A stretch of DNA of 61,865 nt, filler included, from Trichosphaerium sp. ATCC 40318 (taxonomy: Eukaryota; Protista; Tubulinea): NCBI GenBank assembly GCA_038496445.1. It is 3 parts of 3 records of this genome, joined end to end, with 100 filler letters (N's around TTAATTAATTAA, not from the genome) between each part and the next. Parts side by side here need not be neighbours in the genome. Positions count along the whole stretch, not along the records: positions 34,968 to 61,865 come from JALMLS010000053.1; 2 more parts are not named here. One strand, written 5' to 3'. The translations under genes were made by a program, and so were the position numbers. Of the stretch, positions 54,748-61,865 are shown one piece after another; position 1 is the first letter of the stretch; every line of letters begins with the position of its first letter. Below the pieces are notes generated by a model. That model was given only the letters and a program-made list of their open reading frames with translations. It was not told the origin of the DNA and did not search any database.

Positions 54748-55153
54748 AAATTGCCTTGATACATAAGCTTCTGTCAACACCCTTTTTGAAATTTTATTTG
54801 TTTTTTTTTGGGTTTTCTTTATGCACCCATGAAAGTTGTACTGAAGATAGTTAAATTCTTTTAGTTTACTTAATTTCTCTACATGCTTTAATAAACAGAG
54901 CACTCGGTCCTCGTCTTTTAGCAGTTCTAAAAACAAAAGCGTGGATAGCAGTGTCGTTTTACCAACCTCCAGCGAAACTACTATGTAAAGATGTATCGTC
55001 GTGAGCATGTGTGCTTATTAGACCTTGGTTTTATATCTAAATTGGCGCAGGTACTACTTAGTCTAGCGCTCAATAGTATAGCGCCTAAGAATATTAATTT
55101 GGTCAACCTAGATTCTTGAAGGAGTACCTTTTTTTGTGTTTTTAACTAACAAG

Positions 55154-57540
55154 ATGCAAAGAATTGCGCTTCAACTTTTCTTTGTAGTTGTTTTTACTGC
55201 TTCCTTTGGTTACGCATGGAACGTAACAAATGGCAAATTAATGGATCCAAACGGAAATCACGTGCGCGTACAAGGCGTTTCTTTATCTTGTACAGAGTTT
55301 GACTCTCCTATTGACACCGTACGTTCTTTCCTTTTTTTCTTTTGTAGGTACCCTTTCGGCTCTAACTATCGTACCAGAACGCCGATGGTTCCCTTGTTTG
55401 TCCTATGATAGCCAACCGAACGGCTTCACCTTATTTAAAGGAGCTACTCAGCTGGAACACTCAAATTATCCGTATTCCCGTAAGTTGGGCTTGTTGTTGT
55501 TTCTACTTTTGTTTTTTGGTATCATTTCGTTGTTTACGTGATTTTCGAAGGTTAACTCACAATGGTACATGTGGGATTTGGATACAGGGTATCCTGCAGG
55601 TCCTTCAGGGTGCAAGTTCGCAAGTACATGGGCGGGAAAGCCCTCACCTTATGGTACAATACATCAGTGTACAAAACAGTTTAGTTCTCTAAAGTATTTT
55701 CTGTAGGCGCTTACAGTCCTTCTGGATACAGAGATTGGATAGATGATCATGTAAACGCAATAACAGGACTTGGTATGATAGCTATGATTGACTTACATTG
55801 GTCAGACATGGCACGTGAATGAACAGTCAATAAATCAGTGTTGATTTTCTTTTAGGAAGGCACAGCGTGTTGTGATAACGGCGCAGGCGGCTGCTATGCA
55901 GGTGAATAACTTAAAACAATTCATGAGCGCAATTTACTTTTGAAGGGTGCCAGCAAACTATGGCAGATAGAAAGAGTGTTAAGTTTTGGGAATATGTAGC
56001 AAAGGTACAAAAAAATCTTTAGTGCAAACTGTTCATTGACTGTTGATCAATTAGAAATACAGAAATCGTATGGATGTGTGGTTTGAGTTATACAATGAAC
56101 CAGCTTACTGGCTCCAAAATCGTACGATCTATTGAGCTACTGTGTCAATGTTTACTGGTTGTTTTAGAAGGAGGAACAAATATTCCAACTCTTATGAAAG
56201 GTGGAACAATGACAGCATCTTTCAAGGTATAGAGTGGGTTATGCACGAATGTTAACAAAAAATAGAACGGTTGTCCTGAGTCTCCAGAGACTACTTTTAC
56301 TTTTGTTGGTATGCAAGACTTATACAACGCAGTTAGAGATACGGTGAGTCAGATATTACAATTCATTCAAGAGTTCATTTTTTTAAAATTTGCTTGCCAA
56401 AATCTCTTTACCGTGCTTTTTTAATGTAATTTGAATCGTTTTAAATTCTTGTGTTTAGAGCAATGCTGATAACATTGTTGTCATTGGTGGCGCTGATTTC
56501 AGGTACATATTAGAACTCTATATGTAGTACATTTATTAATAGTCGTTGATAATAGTTGGTCCGTAAATGGTATCATTGTTGAACCAAAAAAGCCAGCACC
56601 AGGAAAAGAATGGTGTCATAATCAAATATGTCAAGAAGGTTGTGGTATTTCTCCAGGAATAGATAACATGGTAAGCTATTAATAACATACAGTCTATTCA
56701 ACATGAATCTCATTAATTCCACTAGCTTGAGGGTTCACCTCGAGGAGAAGGATACCCATCACCTCTTTCTTGGTCAAACAAAACTTGGGGATTAAATGTA
56801 ATTTACGCAACACATCCATACCAAGGCAAAGGTTTGTATTAGAAAGGATCTATCAGCTTGAATCACAATAATCTATAGGCGGTCAGAGGCCTACAAGTGG
56901 TGAGGCTTGTAGTGCTTGGGTAGACACTGCAATAAATGGAACTAGTATGTTGCGAACAACTTAATTGCAGTTAGTAACTTACTTGTTTTTAAGATCAGTT
57001 GTGCTCCGAGGAATGTGGATGGGAGAAGGCGTTTGGATTTCTTACTGACTATGCTCCTGTTATAGCAACTGAAATGGGTCCATGGAGCGGTAAGTCAAGA
57101 GAAATCGTTGTTGGAATTGTGTTGTTGACTGAAAGTTTTTTCTTACAGGCTTTTCATGTGATGGTTCGTATATTTCTTGTCAATTAGATTGGTTTAAAGG
57201 AAAAGGCATATCTAGCACTCCTTGGGCGTACGTAGAACTATAATACACCAACCGAAAATAGTTTGAGAGGTCGTAGACGTGTTTGCTTCTTTTTTAGACA
57301 AAAAAAAGTTGTTTCTGACATTAATGTGACACGCCTCAATTACCACGTGATACCCTTTCACAATTTTATAAGACGGTTAGTTTGTGTTGACTTGACATGT
57401 TCCGTAGGTACTGGGGTAACCATGCTGCTCAATGTAATACTTTCCCTACTCTTGTAGACGAAAACTGGAAAGCTAATGGATATGGTGATGCTGTAAAAGC
57501 GTATATGACTCAAAGTGCTCCGCCGTATTTAGCTAAATAA
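55154..57540 (+). CDS. Secreted glycoside hydrolase family 5 (cellulase-like), about 15 introns
   Basis: Signal peptide; SWNTQIIRIP, IDLHWSD, FELYNEP (acid/base), YATHPY, PVIATEMG (nucleophile). Confidence 0.9.
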
Positions 57541-58023
57541 ATACCAATCCTCTTAACATGTGTACTAATGTTTCTGACACAAAAATTAAAGCATTTACTT
57601 GCCAATGGTTATTGGCGAGAATCCTAGCATTTGGCTATACTGAGAGAAAGTTAAGAAATACCTAACTACGCTTTATTGTGACTTTATGTTATTCCGAGAA
57701 GTTAAGTATTATCAATAGTCCTTTACAGTATTAGCACCTATATATTTGCCATTGAATTTAACTGTATGAGCACCAGTATATGCGTTGACACCTTCATCTG
57801 TTAATGCAACATTGCGAATAAGGTATTTCAGCATGGCTGGAGTTCATACTATAAAGATGGAAGACACAGTTACTGATTCAGGTATTCTTGCTATTGCTAA
57901 AGGTATACATACTTGATATTTCAGTTACAAATGCAACAGATTGTTTCTGGTAGTGCCTTCGACTTACATTCAATCAGGTTATATTTCGAAATTCAGAGTA
58001 GATTTACAATTAATCATTATCGA

Positions 58024-60888
58024 CTAATACAGACCTTCCTGCAGTTTGTTTTAAGAAATAACAATGTCATGGGTTTTTTTTATTGTTCAAAAAATCTTAT
58101 CTACTTTATTGTTTCGCTCTTCAAGACTTTTTTGAAGTTACTAATACAGGTGCAACACAAGGTCCAATTATAGCTATCCAATCATCAAAGTTTGGAGCTT
58201 GTGACGATAGACCGTCAACCTCAAGCCAACCACTTTCAAAAAAAAAGTCAGAAGCAAATCCAAAAAACCAGTCGCGGTTTCTTTGTTTAAACGCACGTGA
58301 GTGTAAATCCAGGATCACTTCCTAGCTGTCTTTCTATTACAAAAGCTCTAGAAGGTGGAGCTAAAAAGTCATATAGTCAGAACAAACAACATAGAAACGG
58401 CTGACGTACAAGATCGAGCTACAGTCAACTCAAACTCTTGACCAGTGGAAGATACCCTATTGCGTGATTACTCGAGTTTATCACTAAGGTAAGGTCGTAC
58501 TTTATAGTACCACGCGAAATACGCTCATTTGGATTCTCCACAGCTGTTGCAATGCCAGTACTTGGAACCCTTCGAACAAACCTATTTTGAAGAAAAAAAA
58601 GAGAATGAGACTGCTAAGTCGTTTTTGCATGGTATTTTAATTTGTAAGTACCTGTACGTGAAGTCTACCTCATACTTTGCGAAGTTGGAAGGATCATTTA
58701 TTGGGAATCCACGAACTGTACCGAAAATACGAATAGTATCAATACCATCGTAAGATATAAGAAGGTTGTTATCTTCACATGAAAAAACAACTTGCTACAA
58801 AAACACCGTAACATCAGCAAATAGACTTCTATTAGGATCTTATTATGAAATATATAAGTACCATGTCTGTAGGGAATAAAGGAAGTGCATCCAATCGAAG
58901 ACAGTATTCAGGTGGAGCTAATAAAACGTTTAATTCTTTGAACGAAAAAAGGTGTTTCATTTGTTGCTTAGTCACAAACATAGATTGTACCTAAATCTCC
59001 TCTAGGATGATTTTCTAGTATCCATGTACCTCTGCGATTCAAATCATCACTTAAAAAAGCTGTTAGAGAACCAAGAAATCCCAGAAAAAAACCGAAAAAA
59101 AAAAGCATTTGAGAACTTTTGTGAACACGTGATATTTTCTTAAACGCGTACGCTGAAAAACGTTCAGATATTACACATTGGTCTATTTCAACAACATCAA
59201 CTATTGTTGCGTTCGGACAAGTACACCTTAAATCACCTTCTCTGTTGAAACTACTAGTCAAAACGGGTACTGAATCAAAAGGTGTTGTGAATAACTCTCC
59301 TTGTAATGAGAGTTGCCCAGGTGCTATCAATCGAAGATGGAATGTTATCGTAACATCCTCTCCATCAGCCATAGGTCCAATAGCGATCCATATTTGATCA
59401 TCCGAAGGTGCATTTCCAAGCTTGATTTCTCCCTATTGGTGAAAATGAGAAGGTTTCGTTTCAGTTTTTTTTTCTTGTTGGAATTTCTTCTGAGCACGTG
59501 CCTTTGAAGTGATTACAGATCCTGTTTCTAAAACAGCAATAGATGTATCGAAAGGTGGATGAAAGAAAGCAACGTCATCAACACCAAGATTAGGAACAGA
59601 AATTGGATTAAAGACGACAACCTCAACAAGCAATAGATCGCCTTTTGATACAGAAAGTAAGAAAAAAAACCGTCACGAGTTTTGATCTTAAAATAACTTA
59701 CCAACTGATGGCCCTGTTGGTGCTGTATCTGATATAACATCTGTAAATAAAAGAGCTTCGATAGTTGGTACAACACAGAATTGAGAAATCGTCACATCAA
59801 CCTCTACAGTCAAAAAAAAAAACCAGTTAATATTTCAATAATTGATTATGTGCATTCTTGTTAACTACTCGAAGAAATTATACAGGTTTGATTTTTCAAG
59901 GCGCCATAGGTGAAGAAACTACTAAAATAAAAGTGGAAACAAGAGTCTTAGAGTGGATTACGCTAAGCGAGGTTCTGTAAGAACGAAAAGCGTAAAATCT
60001 ACTCTGAGAACTGCACAGCTCCACGCAAGCATTTTAAGGCATTTGATAGAAAATAAGAACCAGCGAAGGTGATAAAGTGTACCTGGGTCCATATCCACTC
60101 GGAACACTAATTGAGTAACGTTTCGATAAGCAGTGATGAGATTTGGTACAAACGGAATTATAACTTCCGCTATACCAGGAGCAACCATCTCTAAGCGTGT
60201 AGAACTTTGTATTAACCCTTCAGCTATTGTTGTGACATCGAAATCGAACGTTACAGCCAAATCATTAGCCCGAACAACCACCAAAAAAGCGTCTAATTAG
60301 CGCTTAGTTAATTGTCAAAAAAATTACCTAATTGAGGCGTTTACACGTGTATTTACGTTGTCACGTGATTTTTTTCTACAAACATATACTTATTAACTGC
60401 GTACCTCCGTTATTAAATAAATCAGCGTTCAGTCCCTCAGCGTCATTAAGAGCATCACCATCAGCGCCATCGTATACAATTTCAATAGCACCTGCTGTCC
60501 TCGCGCCGTTCTCAAAGAATAGATCTCCTGTTCTCACCATAGCTGTTACGGGCCTCGTACCCATTGATGGTAATAAACGCATGTCTCGCTCTCCACCAAA
60601 TATGGTTCCAACTACAGCTGTTGTTGTAACTTCGAATGGACCATCTGGCCTCCTTAGTCCTTTTATAAAAGTAAATTAAAACAAAAACAACTTTATTGTT
60701 GTTTTTGAAAAAAAACTATTTCCGAAGCTTCTTTGAGATCACGTGATATTATTACGCTACATCAAATACTAACCAGGTAATTCTGTATCAAGAAAATCAT
60801 CTAAGATTGTATCTCGAGCGGCTATAAGGTGTAAAAACGCAACTAAACATATTATGGCCAAATTAGTGCGACATGCAGGCTTTAGCAT
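58024..60888 (-). CDS. Uncharacterised secreted multi-exon beta-rich protein
   Basis: Signal peptide MLKPACRTNLAIICLVAFLHLIAA, then ILDDF, IFGGERDM and YDGADGDALN..GLNADL; a chain of GT-AG exons ending GPCVAPVL|EGLY*. Confidence 0.7.
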
Positions 60889-61149
60889 CTTGAGAGCGAG
60901 ATTCTGACTTAAGGCTTCTTTTCTAAGGCGCCTTTTTTTTTGTTTCGCTTGACAGCTGATGATGTTGTGTTCTCCTGCTTGTGAAGCTTCAATCTGTGTT
61001 TATCAGTTTCCTCGTTAGTGATGAGGTGGATCAATTACACATTGCATTGTTTGTGGGTTGTATCACAGCATTAATAGTCAACGTTCTTGCTGTTGATCAA
61101 GAACGGTGCAAAACACACTAATATAAAGACACTGGTGGCTTCTGAAGCT

Positions 61150-61400
61150 TGCTATTTTATTGGACGATATCTAGAAGCACACTTATATCGCAATAAGTGT
61201 ATTCCATAATGTCAATATATTGAATACCCATTGACTTAACAGCCTCTCTTGTAACTTTAGACAACATTAATGCGACACTTTTCAGAGATTGTAAGTATTT
61301 CAATCATTTGTAATCTTTTTACACCAAGACAAGTCTTAGTTGCTCAAGCAGACGACACATTTTCCACAAAAAAGTGGATTCTTTGTATTCCCAGTTTTGG
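61150..61400 (-). pseudogene. Leucine-rich-repeat relic
   Basis: DLSWCKKITND LRR unit surrounded by stops. Confidence 0.35.
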
Positions 61401-61865
61401 TTTAACACTATTCAAGTATGGGACAGCGAATACAAGCTAATATAGAGCACTGTTCGCTTTCGGTCGGGCCCATCGCTTCGCTCGGGGCAAGAACCCGACC
61501 TTCGCTCACAAAATGTCATCCATTGGTGGGTATGGCAGCACAGGTTAATATGTGACTAGGTATCAAAATCCACTTGAGTGATTTTGCTTCAGATTTAGTA
61601 GAAAATCTCTTCCCTGCCACCTTTGCCACTGTGAGTTTTGAGAATTACACCAAGAAAGTTTCTAATGTACAGATACATTACCACAACTTGCCCAAAGACC
61701 CGAATTCGCCAAGAATTACTGTCTATTCTCCGAGTTTCGCCAAAAGCTGTTTGAAGTAACCAATTACAAAAGCAAGGACTATCCAAATAAAATGTTAAAT
61801 GTATTGGGAAATTACAATGTTCCGTTACATGGGCGCCCACAACTTTATCCAACATCTCCGAAAAG

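Noticed and set aside
61452-61510. HDV-like ribozyme (7-bp GGTCGGG/CCCGACC stem)
   Set aside because: No P1.1, P4 or J4/2 elements follow; it is only a GC-rich hairpin.

Overview
Intron-rich, AT-rich eukaryotic nuclear DNA, most likely an amoebozoan-type protist (inferred from Clu/TPR, sedolisin, GH5 and divergent actin genes and short CTAAC-branch introns). It uses the standard genetic code. Two artificial 100-nt linkers (N44-TTAATTAATTAA-N44 at 13064-13163 and 34868-34967) join three contigs, so adjacency across them is not evidence of linkage. Contig 1 holds an ankyrin-Clu-TPR gene, an ankyrin gene, three paralogs of an unrecognised domain and MITEs. Contig 2 holds a complete RAD50 and a ~16.5-kb near-perfect palindrome (arms 18338-26515 and 26677-34867). 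The palindrome duplicates the RAD50 3' end, an actin-like gene, a Pro/Thr mucin-like gene and an S53 peptidase, and its centre cuts a PH-domain gene at a microhomology. Contig 3 begins with transposon and pseudogene relics (IRG-like GTPase, PHD/piggyBac-like, Sola-like, RNase H, ARF, ankyrin). It then carries a mitochondrial MDH with a long N-terminal extension, SDR39U1, a GH5 glycoside hydrolase and an unknown secreted protein. Homopolymer frameshifts show the consensus is noisy. Exon boundaries were traced by eye and no database searches were run.
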